Shown here one piece after another: positions 47,262 to 57,428 of a stretch of DNA of 64,000 nt. A model generated the notes under the pieces. The model had not been told where the DNA came from. It searched no databases and saw only the letters and a list, made by a program, of their open reading frames with translations. This DNA is from a candidate division WOR-3 bacterium (GTDB lineage: Bacteria; Hydrothermota; Tepidihabitantia; Tepidihabitantales; Tepidihabitantaceae): assembly GCA_965648905.1 (NCBI GenBank), contig CBFGIT010000002.1, positions 97,450-161,449 of the forward strand. Direction: 5' to 3'. The position numbers and the translations under genes are program-made. How positions within the stretch are numbered: position 1 is the first letter of the stretch; each line of letters opens with the position of its first letter.

Positions 47262-47767
47262 GCTGCGATGGATTCCAGGGACTGCTGCAGGATTACATCA
47301 CGAGGGACCTTGAGCCGGACCGGCGCAAGGCGGTCGACGCCCACCTGCTGGAGTGTACGGATTGTCAGCGGGAGCTGGCAGTGCTGACCGCGCTGGTTTC
47401 CAGTTTGGACCACCAGCCGGTGCTGGAGCCGTCACACGATTTCTCCGCCCGCGTGCTGGCGGATCTGCCGCGCCAGCAGGCGTTCTACCCCAGCCCGTGG
47501 TGGGCGCTGGTGCTCATCCCGATACTGGGTTTCGCGGCCTGGCTGTTCCGTGGGCCGCTGCTCGCCGGGCTGTTCGGCCTGGCTCGACTGCTGAACGTCG
47601 GGCCGGAGACAATACTCAGGGTCGGGGACACGATCCCAATTCCTGGGCGGAATTGGGTCATGTCCCCGCAGCAGTTGGCGCTGGTGCCGCTGGTGATGGC
47701 CGGGCTGAGTGTCGCGCTGGCCGTGGTCGCAGCGACGTACGGCCGGCGTTTCATCGAGGAATACTAG
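47258..47767 (+). CDS. Zinc-finger (HxxxCxxC) anti-sigma factor
   Basis: 'HLLECTDC' and TM helices; ATGA overlap with the sigma gene. Confidence 0.85.
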   Translation: MSCDGFQGLLQDYITRDLEPDRRKAVDAHLLECTDCQRELAVLTALVSSLDHQPVLEPSHDFSARVLADLPRQQAFYPSPWWALVLIPILGFAAWLFRGPLLAGLFGLARLLNVGPETILRVGDTIPIPGRNWVMSPQQLALVPLVMAGLSVALAVVAATYGRRFIEEY

Positions 47768-47801
47768 AGCCCACACGCGTTGCGACCGGAGTATCCTGAC
47801 G

Positions 47802-47829
47802 AAAAGCGGGCTGCCAGAGGCAGCCCGCT
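47802..47829 (-). terminator. Intrinsic terminator between convergent operons
   Basis: AGCGGGCTGCC-AGA-GGCAGCCCGCT 11-bp stem with a U-tract on the minus strand. Confidence 0.8.
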
Positions 47830-47847
47830 CTGAACGTAGCAGCGCAG

Positions 47848-48504
47848 CTAGCGGACTAGTCCGAGCCAGTCACCCAAGAGGAACTGGAGTCGACCGATGA
47901 GGAGCGAGATGCGGGCCATGACCGTGTAGCCGAATGACGCGCCGAACCCGACCATGATGAAGATGATGCCTAAGTAGCTGACCGGCTTGAGCACGCCCTT
48001 GCGCTCGGCTGAGAAAAAGAAGTAGCTGACCGTCGCGACCACACCGAGCAGAATGATGATGGCCCAGAGCGCCGAATCCCAGTGCCCGAAGTGCGCGCGC
48101 GTTATGATGGTGGCTTTGAGCTGCCGGATGAGCTCACCTTCGACCGCCCGCGGAATACTGGAACCACAGGCGTAGCCGAGCACGATGGCGATCGGGATGC
48201 GCACCAGCCACGAGAGTTTGGGGATGAAGCGAGTGAAGTAGAAGGCACCGATAATCGCGATGCTGACAAGCCAAGCCTTGACCAGCACATTCGGATTGTG
48301 CGCCACCGGGGTGAATAAGGTCGGCATGAGCACGCGGTGCCAGTAGAAAGTGATAAAATAGCCGTTGGCAACGCCGACGTAAAGGTGCTCGGCGATACGA
48401 TAGAGCGGGTTCTCACGGTAAAGGAAAGAGAAGATAGCCAGGGTGAGGATGGCAGCGACCCAGACCCAGATGCCTTGCGCGGTCAGCGGGTTGACGATAT
48501 TCAT
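47848..48504 (-). CDS. Uncharacterised multi-TM protein (gene 4 of membrane operon)
   Basis: About 6 TM helices; 'SFLYRENPLYRIAEHLYVG', 'FGASFGYTVMARISLLIGR'. Confidence 0.8.
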   Translation of the reverse strand: MNIVNPLTAQGIWVWVAAILTLAIFSFLYRENPLYRIAEHLYVGVANGYFITFYWHRVLMPTLFTPVAHNPNVLVKAWLVSIAIIGAFYFTRFIPKLSWLVRIPIAIVLGYACGSSIPRAVEGELIRQLKATIITRAHFGHWDSALWAIIILLGVVATVSYFFFSAERKGVLKPVSYLGIIFIMVGFGASFGYTVMARISLLIGRLQFLLGDWLGLVR

Positions 48505-49382
48505 GACTTCCTCCTCTTTGAGGCAAAGAAGGCGATGTTGCCGATGACGATGAAGGCCATGATGGCAAGATGAGCCGCGGTCTGCGAGGACATCGCCTCA
48601 GTGCCCCTGAACCGCTGGCCCCATTCCATCCCATTCTCGTGCAGTCGTCCCTGCAGCAGCTCTTCGTACTCGGCCGCACCTTTCATGCCGCCCAAGAGAC
48701 CGGTGAACTGGCCGGAGTTCAGATACGGATAGTAGTCCGCGGCTGACACCGCGGTCACCCCGCACGCGAGCCGGACGCCGAACTGCACCTGGGCGTAGTT
48801 GATCCAGGAGCGCGGCATGGCCGTCGAGGCGATCGTCACCAGCAATCCGACGTCATCGTAATTCTTGAGCCGGGTCATAATCGGCAGGCTTTCAGTCCGC
48901 GCACCGTAGTAGTCCACAGGAAACACGCGCGCGATACGTTCGCCCATGCCGAGCATGACGGTGACGATCGGCGTGGTCCAGCCCCAGAAGACATAATCCT
49001 CGCCGTTGATGACCGAATCAGCATGCGTCGTGGCGTGAGCGTTGAACTCGGCCGTGACCTGGCGCAGGGCATTCTCACCCAGACCAAGCCCATTCAGGTC
49101 CATCGCACAGATGCCGACCATGTGGCCGGTGGCAAAGGCATGGCGCAGGAACGCGATCAGCATGGGCTGGAGTTCGGCCTGCGTATCCGGACCGTAGTCC
49201 ACCGAGACGACCAGGGCTTTGTCGCGCGGCATGGTGTCGATGTAGTTGAACAGGTTCTGTACCGGAGGAGTGGCTTTGGGCCGGATGCGGAACGGGAAGA
49301 TGAGCGGGAGCATGACCACCAGCCAGACCACGAGATAGACCCAGCGGCGGTCAATCGCCTGCAGACGCTGCCAGAGGTTCAT
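48501..49382 (-). CDS. Uncharacterised membrane-anchored protein (gene 3)
   Basis: N- and C-terminal TM helices around a soluble domain; 'PYLNSGQ..GLLGGMKGAAEYE'. Confidence 0.8.
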   Translation of the reverse strand: MNLWQRLQAIDRRWVYLVVWLVVMLPLIFPFRIRPKATPPVQNLFNYIDTMPRDKALVVSVDYGPDTQAELQPMLIAFLRHAFATGHMVGICAMDLNGLGLGENALRQVTAEFNAHATTHADSVINGEDYVFWGWTTPIVTVMLGMGERIARVFPVDYYGARTESLPIMTRLKNYDDVGLLVTIASTAMPRSWINYAQVQFGVRLACGVTAVSAADYYPYLNSGQFTGLLGGMKGAAEYEELLQGRLHENGMEWGQRFRGTEAMSSQTAAHLAIMAFIVIGNIAFFASKRRKS

Positions 49383-50050
49383 TTGCCACCTCCCCCGCCG
49401 AGCCAGCCGCGCTCAATGCCGAGAATGATCTTCATTGAAGTGGCAAAGATGCCGAGTTCGACACCGAACAGGATGCCGCGTTTTGCCGCGGTGTTCGGCA
49501 CGGTGAGAATCCACTCGGCGAATGCCGGCAGTTGGGCATGAATCATCCGGCCCAGAGGCACGGCGCCAAGCATCAGGATGAAAGCCGCGGCGAGCAGCAG
49601 TGTTGCCTCGACGGTCCGGGCGCGGAACGCGCGGTACGCGGCCGACGCCATGAAGAACGCAAGCATCGCAAACATCGTCGCCCCGAGCGGCACCATGACA
49701 TTGGTATAGAGCGTCTGCATGTGGAACGAGAACGAACCGATGCGGGTCGGCAGAATGCCGGGTCGGCTGGGGTCGATGCCGCCGAAGACGCCGATGATGG
49801 CGGTGACGATGAGCATGATGATGGTGATGTAGCTGTACTGCCAGTGCTGAGCGTGACGCCGGATCTTGAGCAGATGGTGCTGGACAATCGAGCCGATGCC
49901 GAGTACCAGGCTGAATGCGGTCAGGATACGGATGACGTCGTTGCGGAGTGTTTCGTCAACGTTCCGGACAACCGGGTGCGGGACAAAGGCGGCGATGATG
50001 GCAAAGACGCCCACGACAAGCACCAGCGTAAGGGGTATTCGTCGCTGCAT
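49379..50050 (-). CDS. Uncharacterised multi-TM protein (gene 2)
   Basis: About 6 TM helices; 'ATMFAMLAFFMASAAYRAFRAR', 'VPNTAAKRGI', 'ILGIER'. Confidence 0.8.
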   Translation of the reverse strand: MQRRIPLTLVLVVGVFAIIAAFVPHPVVRNVDETLRNDVIRILTAFSLVLGIGSIVQHHLLKIRRHAQHWQYSYITIIMLIVTAIIGVFGGIDPSRPGILPTRIGSFSFHMQTLYTNVMVPLGATMFAMLAFFMASAAYRAFRARTVEATLLLAAAFILMLGAVPLGRMIHAQLPAFAEWILTVPNTAAKRGILFGVELGIFATSMKIILGIERGWLGGGGGK

Positions 50051-50059
50051 TGTGCCTCC

Positions 50060-51151
50060 TTACAGATACCGGGTAACCGGCAGGTTCAGGGCCAGGGCGA
50101 GGAGCGTGCCGGCCAGTATCAATGCGACAATCAAAGCCTTGCCGTAGTCCTGGCCCTTGACCGCGCCCAGGAGCAGCGGCTCGCGGGAAAGGTAGGCGGA
50201 TGCGGCATAAAGCTCCTCGCCGATAAGGGTGTAGTCGCAGGCGGTGATGAAGAAGGGGAGCTGGGTGACCGCATCGGTTCCGGCAATTTGAACTGCGCCG
50301 GTGGCAGCGCCGGTCTCGGCCAGGATGAGCGACTCGGCCCAGAACATGCCGATGAGGAAATTCGTCGCCGGCTTCTCTCGTACCATGATGCCGTCCACCG
50401 CGGCGGCGAAGGCGAACTGCTGGTCGGTGACGAAGAAGACAATGTCTTCGGAGAAGATGTCGGGTCGGCCGACCGAGGTGTAGGACTCCTTGACCATCTC
50501 CCGGGCAACGGTGTAGACAATCGGGTCGCGGTTGGGAACGATGAGCGGTGTGCCGAACTTGGCCGTCTTCTTCGCCACCTCACCCAGAATATTGAGCGAG
50601 GCGATGGTGGCAACATCGGCGATGCTGGAGAGCCCGGGCACGTAGAGCGTGGGTCGGCCCATCTCGGTGGCACGGCCCAGAGCCTCGTCAACCGCGTCCA
50701 GACCCGAGATGCGCCGGATGAACAGATTGCGGTCCTTCTTGGCCCGGCTGATGAGATACAGGAATATGAAAGCGAGCACGAACATCCCAATCAAGGCTTG
50801 AACCGTGTTGGTGTCGAACCACTGGGCCACGCTCGTAGCCTCGGGTGAAGGCTCGGACGCCGCAGCTTCGGTCTCAGACTCAGCCAGGATGACGTACCGG
50901 TACGGCACGCCGCGGCGGGCATCGCTGTCCACGTAGCGGGACCCGAGGCGGCCGACCAGACCGAGCGTCTCCCAGGCTTCACCACCCTGGGTCTGGCGCA
51001 GCACCTTGTAGCTGACAACGGTCGTGTCTGGTGACCGGGTCCAGGCAACGGCGATGCTGTTACCCCGGTCGTTGGGCACGTCGCGGGCGGTCACGCAGGT
51101 CGGGGGCGAGAGATTGAGCAGCACCAGAACCAGGCTCAAGGTAGCAGGCAT
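50060..51151 (-). CDS. FN3-domain membrane protein, DUF6754-like (gene 1)
   Basis: AAGGAGG SD; FN3-like 'DVPNDRG...W...YRYVI'; 'IRRISGLDAVDEALGRATEMG'; 'DYTLIGEELYAASAY'. Confidence 0.78.
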   Translation of the reverse strand: MPATLSLVLVLLNLSPPTCVTARDVPNDRGNSIAVAWTRSPDTTVVSYKVLRQTQGGEAWETLGLVGRLGSRYVDSDARRGVPYRYVILAESETEAAASEPSPEATSVAQWFDTNTVQALIGMFVLAFIFLYLISRAKKDRNLFIRRISGLDAVDEALGRATEMGRPTLYVPGLSSIADVATIASLNILGEVAKKTAKFGTPLIVPNRDPIVYTVAREMVKESYTSVGRPDIFSEDIVFFVTDQQFAFAAAVDGIMVREKPATNFLIGMFWAESLILAETGAATGAVQIAGTDAVTQLPFFITACDYTLIGEELYAASAYLSREPLLLGAVKGQDYGKALIVALILAGTLLALALNLPVTRYL

Positions 51152-51221
51152 TGGACAGCCTCCTTTCGACAAGACACCGGACAGGCGATACTTGTCATTC
51201 GTCGCTTAAGGTTCATGCGAG

Positions 51222-52649
<1,428 letters not shown>

Positions 52650-52700
52650 GAAACATGAAGTCTACGAACGGCCGTGCGGAAGTCAAAGTCAGCCGCGCTG

Positions 52701-53579
52701 CTAGACACCCCTGCCTTCAAAGTCGGGCGTGTACTCACGCCGCGCCGAGTTCAGCTCCTGCGCAAACCCGGCCTCAAACTCCAAGTCCTCGAAGTGCTGG
52801 CGCACGTACTCGTACTCGGCCCGGGAGAGTCGCCGATTCATGCCGGGCAGTTCAGCAGCCCGGAAGGTCGGGTAATATTGAGCCATGAGACTGACATGGG
52901 TGCGCGGGCCGAGGTGCTCGCAAATCCAGTCAAGAACCGAGCAACTGTCGTCGGCGTGGCCAGGCAGGACAAGGTGGCGGATGATGAGCCCTTTCTCGAT
53001 AATACCATGTTCGTCGTAGCGGTTGGTCCCGACCTGGCGCTTCATCTCGGCGATTGCGGCCGAGGCATGTTTGAAGTAGTCCGGGGCAGAAGAACAGGCC
53101 TGTGCCAGCTCGGCCGAGAAGTACTTCAGGTCCGGCAGGTAGACCTGAGCCAGTCCCTCCAGTTGCGCGATGGTTTCGGCCTTCTCATAGCCGTTGGAGT
53201 TCCAGACAACCGGGACCTTGAGGCTCTGGCGGGCCTGCTTCAACACCGGGATGAGCTGCTCGGAATAGTGGGTGGGCGTGACGAGGTTGATATTGTGCGC
53301 ACCCTGAGCTTGGAGCTCAAGCATGATTGCGAGCAGGCGTTCGGGTGTGACCGGCCGGCCGTGGCCTTCCTGTGAAATGTCGTAGTTCTGGCAGAACCGG
53401 CAGCGCAGATTGCAGTGGCTGAAGAAAATCGTGCCCGACCCGTGGGTGCCGGAGATGGGCGGTTCCTCCCAGAAATGAAGCTGGGCCTGGGCAACATGAA
53501 ACTCCTCCGGTGCTCGGCAGACGCCGAGCTGTCGGGTTCGGTCCACGTTGCACTCGAACGGGCACGCGCAGCACAGCAT
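52701..53579 (-). CDS. Radical SAM protein, PflX-like
   Basis: 'HFWEEPPISG..GSGTIFF', CNLRCRFC, 'NINLVTPTH', 'IRHLVLPG'. Confidence 0.88.
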   Translation of the reverse strand: MLCCACPFECNVDRTRQLGVCRAPEEFHVAQAQLHFWEEPPISGTHGSGTIFFSHCNLRCRFCQNYDISQEGHGRPVTPERLLAIMLELQAQGAHNINLVTPTHYSEQLIPVLKQARQSLKVPVVWNSNGYEKAETIAQLEGLAQVYLPDLKYFSAELAQACSSAPDYFKHASAAIAEMKRQVGTNRYDEHGIIEKGLIIRHLVLPGHADDSCSVLDWICEHLGPRTHVSLMAQYYPTFRAAELPGMNRRLSRAEYEYVRQHFEDLEFEAGFAQELNSARREYTPDFEGRGV

Positions 53580-53585
53580 CGCCAT

Positions 53586-53648
53586 ATTATAGCAGCGCTG
53601 GCGCCGAGGTCATCCCGACCTTGCCTGCAGCCGCAGCCGGCCTAGAAT
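53586..53648. promoter_or_regulatory. Divergent sigma70 promoters (PflX-like gene and rnpB)
   Basis: Minus strand extended -10 TGcTATAAT, 6 nt before ATG 53579. Plus strand TTGCCT-N16-TAGAAT, 6 nt before rnpB. Confidence 0.65.
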
Positions 53649-53654
53649 AGTGTC

Positions 53655-54019
53655 GAGGCGGGTCGGACGGTCGCCCGGCATGCCGGGAGGAAAGTCCGAG
53701 CACCGCAGGGCACGGCACTCGTTAAGAGCGAGGCTGCGGGCCGGAGACGGCTCGTGGACGGAAAGTGTCACAGAAACCACACCGCCCTGTCTTGTACGGG
53801 GTAAGGGTGAAAAAGTGCGGTAAGAGCGCACTGTCCGGCATGGTGACAGGCCGGACGGACAAACCCTGCCGGGTGTAAGGCCAATATGGGAACAGGACCG
53901 GCCCGGTCCGCTACGATTCCCGGGTAGGCTGCTTGAGGCACCAGGGCAACCCGGTGTCCAGAGAAATGACCGTCACCGGACGCAAGCCCGGTACAGAACT
54001 CGGCTTACAGACCCGCCTC
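53655..54019 (+). ncRNA. rnpB: RNase P RNA (bacterial type A)
   Basis: GAGGAAAGTCC and ACAGAACTCGGCTTA universal motifs; 'GGGTGAAA...GCGGTAAGAGC'; P1 pairing GAGGCGGGTC/GACCCGCCTC. Confidence 0.96.
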
Positions 54020-54308
54020 AATGCGAGTCGCGACTCGAAGCCTGCTCAGGTTGTCTGGTTGCCGCTCGCACCCGGCGCTGCCATTGCCGGATGCGCATGT
54101 CGAGGTAGAGTACCGCGCCGCTGACCGCCAGGAACGCCAGTCCGACCGCCAGGACATAAGCCACATGCCTGAGCACTACCTGCCAGTTGTGCAGCCGGAC
54201 CGGCGAGTAGTTACCCAGCCTCAGGACAAAGCCGGTAACTGCCTGAAGCAGCAGGAGTGGCGCGAGCGTGAATCCGACGTACAGATGGAGTTTTCTCAGA
54301 CGCATCAT
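54018..54308 (-). CDS. Small membrane protein (PepSY-TM-like)
   Basis: 'LRKLHLYVG...QAVTG' and a second TM 'LAVSGAVLY'. Confidence 0.7.
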   Translation of the reverse strand: MMRLRKLHLYVGFTLAPLLLLQAVTGFVLRLGNYSPVRLHNWQVVLRHVAYVLAVGLAFLAVSGAVLYLDMRIRQWQRRVRAATRQPEQASSRDSH

Positions 54309-54886
54309 ACTATCGCCTCTTTGTGCGCCCCGTGCTGATACCGGCTAGAGAAAGCGACCTGTTCGAGCGGCAGACGCTCGGGTCGATGTAGTTCTGCGGC
54401 CACCTGCTTCTCGGAAAGCACCGGACTGATGGTTTCCGCGTGCCGGCCAATGTTGACCAGAGTGATGACGGTCATGTGGGACGGGATACCGAGCACTTCC
54501 CGCACAAGTTCCGGGCTGTACCCGGCAATCGGATGGGCGACCAGTCCGAGCTCGGTCGCCCGCAGAATCAGGAACGCGGTCTGCATGCCGGTGTCGAACA
54601 GGTAATACTCACGGTCGCGAATCAGGCAGTCGGCCTCCTTTTCGGCACACACCGCAACCACGAGCGAACTGGCGTGACACCACGCGTTACCCTTGCTGAA
54701 TACCACCTTCAACCGTTCGAGCCGTTCTCGGTCCCAGACAAAGACGAACCGGGCCGGCTGGTTGTTGTTGCAGGTTGGCGCAAGCTGGGCACAGCGTGCG
54801 AGGTCCCGCACCAGCTCCTCGGTAATCTCAACCGGGCCAAGGGAGCGATAGGCCCGGCGGGTGTTGATTGCCTCGATGACGTTCAT
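54305..54886 (-). CDS. Nitroreductase family protein
   Basis: 'RRAYR', 'LAPTCNNNQP', 'LRATELGL'. Confidence 0.9.
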   Translation of the reverse strand: MNVIEAINTRRAYRSLGPVEITEELVRDLARCAQLAPTCNNNQPARFVFVWDRERLERLKVVFSKGNAWCHASSLVVAVCAEKEADCLIRDREYYLFDTGMQTAFLILRATELGLVAHPIAGYSPELVREVLGIPSHMTVITLVNIGRHAETISPVLSEKQVAAELHRPERLPLEQVAFSSRYQHGAHKEAIV

Positions 54887-54920
54887 GGGAGAACTCCTCG
54901 GCCCGCGGTTGCGTGCCGAC

Positions 54921-55169
54921 CTAGAGCACCATCGTCTTCGTCTTTACGCCCTTGATGCGGGCAAGGTCGCGCTTGAGCGCGGCTACTTCTTTACTGGTTC
55001 CGCACAGGTTGAGCAGTATCAGTCCCTGGTCAGAGCAGACCCGGCTTGTTTCGTGTAGCCCGATTCTCAGGCTGATGATGCAGCCGTGTCTGGTGAGCGC
55101 TTCCTGCACCTTGACCGCTTCCTTGGTGCGCTTGTCCACCAGCACGGCCATGATTGTCCGGCATTCCAT
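54921..55169 (-). CDS. TM1266-like (iron-only hydrogenase system regulator-like) small protein
   Basis: 'VQEALTRHGCIISLRIGLHE...GLILL' signature; AAGGAG SD. Confidence 0.65.
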   Translation of the reverse strand: MECRTIMAVLVDKRTKEAVKVQEALTRHGCIISLRIGLHETSRVCSDQGLILLNLCGTSKEVAALKRDLARIKGVKTKTMVL

Positions 55170-55180
55170 GGCAGCTCCTT

Positions 55181-56161
55181 TCATTCTGTCTTTCGTCGGC
55201 AGAAGTAAATATCGGCCTCAAGCATCCGGCTTGTGTCGCCGCCGGTGTAATAGTGGTGTACGAAGTAGAGGTTGCCCGCGTCGTCCAGGGTCGGCTCGCC
55301 GGCAAACCGCACGACAACCTGTTCCGGCGTCTGCCAGTTGCCAGTCGAGTCGGCCCGCGAACGATAGACACAGGGCCCCATGATGGTGTCGCACCACGCC
55401 GTATACCACAACTCCCGGCCGTCGGCCGAAAGGAAAGGCTGGGACTGGTTCTGCTCATCGTTCACCGGTGCGCCGAGGTTCTGGGGAGAGTCCCAGCCGG
55501 TCGCGTTCCGGCGGCAGACCCAGAGGTCGGGTCGGGCCGTACCTTCGGCGCTGCCGAAGTACATCTGCTGGCGGTCACTTGTCAGGTGGAACTCGCCGAT
55601 GTTGTAGTCAACGTTGAGCTGTTGACCGGCGTTGCGCCAGTCGGTCCACTTGCCGTTACGCCGTACCGCGTGGTAGACGTCGATGGCGCCCAGATTCCCG
55701 GCCCGCACCGAAGCAAACCAGAGCGTGTCGCCGACCAGTTGCTGGCAACCGTCGAGCGCGACATCGTCACTCAGCACCACGCGCTCGGGCTCAATCCACT
55801 CTCCGCCGGACCGGCGCGAGTACCAGATGCCGGTCACGCTGTCGGCAAGCTGCTTCTCAGCCGGAACCCGCACGTCGGGCGTGAAAAAGAAGAAGAACTC
55901 GGTTCCGTCCGGTGAGACGAAGGGCGAGTCCTCGGCGCCCGCGCTGTTTACCGGCCCGCTCATCGGCACCGGCGGCTCATACTCGGACGACACCAGTATC
56001 GGCGGGAACGGGTCAGTCGCAGGCGTACCTTTGCGCGCGTCTGCCGGTATCTTCGTGTACCGGTTCTCAAGGAACGGCCATGGCTTGTGGCAGCCCGCGG
56101 CCAGCAGGCCCAGCACGCCAGCCAGGAGTACGGCTCTAGCCGCCGGTCGTGAAGCTGACAT
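55181..56161 (-). CDS. Lipoprotein with PD40/TolB-like beta-propeller repeats
   Basis: Lipobox LAAGC; 'PFVSPDG', 'NLGAPVN', 'PFLSADG'. Confidence 0.75.
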   Translation of the reverse strand: MSASRPAARAVLLAGVLGLLAAGCHKPWPFLENRYTKIPADARKGTPATDPFPPILVSSEYEPPVPMSGPVNSAGAEDSPFVSPDGTEFFFFFTPDVRVPAEKQLADSVTGIWYSRRSGGEWIEPERVVLSDDVALDGCQQLVGDTLWFASVRAGNLGAIDVYHAVRRNGKWTDWRNAGQQLNVDYNIGEFHLTSDRQQMYFGSAEGTARPDLWVCRRNATGWDSPQNLGAPVNDEQNQSQPFLSADGRELWYTAWCDTIMGPCVYRSRADSTGNWQTPEQVVVRFAGEPTLDDAGNLYFVHHYYTGGDTSRMLEADIYFCRRKTE

Positions 56162-57428
56162 CGTTGAAGAGCATGGCTGGTGTCAGTCCCGCAAAGGTTG
56201 GATAGGCACGGTCTTCCACCCCAACAACGTTGCGCATCGTCTCGTACACGTTACCCGAGACCATCGCGTCCTTGACCCGACCCACTATTTCGCCCTGCTC
56301 GACCCACAGGCCGGGCGAAAGACCAATCGAGTAGTCGCCGTTCAGAACATTGCCCGAGTGCGCACCCATCACGCCGGCAACAATCACACCTTGACCCATC
56401 ATTTCCACCAGGTCGCGGAAAGAATGCTCGCCGGTCCCCAGCCGCACATGTCCGAGCGAAGGAACCGCCTTGGTCGTGATGCCGCTCCGGTATCCGTGCC
56501 CGGTTGGCCTGACCCCGCTTTTGGCCGCGTAGAACAGGTCATAGTAGAAACTCCGCAGCACGCCGCGCTCGATAATCGACGTATTCCTGGTCGGCGTACC
56601 CTCATCGTCAAACGCGCGTGCTCCGGGCTGCTGGTCATCGAGCGGCCTGTCGCTCATCGTCACTTTCTCGCTCAGCACTTGGTCCCCGCCCCGGTCCCGG
56701 AGCGGCGAAACCCCTTCGTAGACGCTCTTGCCGTCGGTTGCCGCGGTGAGACGCCAGACCAGCGCGTACATCGCTTCGGGCAGGAACAGCACCCGGGTCC
56801 GGCCGCTCTTGGGCTTTGCGTCCTGCCGGGAAGCGTTGTACAGCCCGGCAAGAAACTCAAGTTCATTATCGGGGAAGGCAACGAAGCTCTTGCCCGAGAC
56901 ATCGCGCCGAACCGCGGCATAAGACCCGGGGTAAACCAGCGAGACCGTACACTGGTAGCTTGACAGCCGGGCCGACAGGTCTGTCCCCTTTGAGTTCAGC
57001 AGTCGAACCGTGGTTACGGTCTGGGCCGCGCCGACGTTGACCTGGGTATCGACCAGCTCCTGCAGCCAACTGCAGACGCGACCGCACTCGTCCACCAGCG
57101 CCGAGTTGGTCAGCTCCTCGATTGCCGGGTCATAGCTTGCCGGCGTTGGCAGGGGCCCGGTCTGGGGCAGCTCGTAGTCGGCCGCGACGCCGTTGGCCAG
57201 GGATGCCAGGGCGTCACCGATCAGCTTGTCCCGGTCAATCAGGTTGCGGGTGTAGGCACTGCCCAGCCGGCCGTCTTTGATGAGCAGAAGATTGACGCCC
57301 GACTCCATCCCGCTGCTGATGTTCTTGAACCTGCTGTTCTCGAAGTCAACTCCGTCGCTGACCGAGTCTTCGCTGTACACCGCCACCTGGTCCGCGACCT
57401 TTCTTGCGTGCTCCAGCAGTCTCTCCAT
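56136..57428 (-). CDS. pmbA: PmbA/TldE family protein
   Basis: 'FDDEGTP', 'TGHG', 'GDYS', 'VSGNVYE'; no HExxH; follows tldD. Confidence 0.85.
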   Translation of the reverse strand: MERLLEHARKVADQVAVYSEDSVSDGVDFENSRFKNISSGMESGVNLLLIKDGRLGSAYTRNLIDRDKLIGDALASLANGVAADYELPQTGPLPTPASYDPAIEELTNSALVDECGRVCSWLQELVDTQVNVGAAQTVTTVRLLNSKGTDLSARLSSYQCTVSLVYPGSYAAVRRDVSGKSFVAFPDNELEFLAGLYNASRQDAKPKSGRTRVLFLPEAMYALVWRLTAATDGKSVYEGVSPLRDRGGDQVLSEKVTMSDRPLDDQQPGARAFDDEGTPTRNTSIIERGVLRSFYYDLFYAAKSGVRPTGHGYRSGITTKAVPSLGHVRLGTGEHSFRDLVEMMGQGVIVAGVMGAHSGNVLNGDYSIGLSPGLWVEQGEIVGRVKDAMVSGNVYETMRNVVGVEDRAYPTFAGLTPAMLFNDVSFTTGG

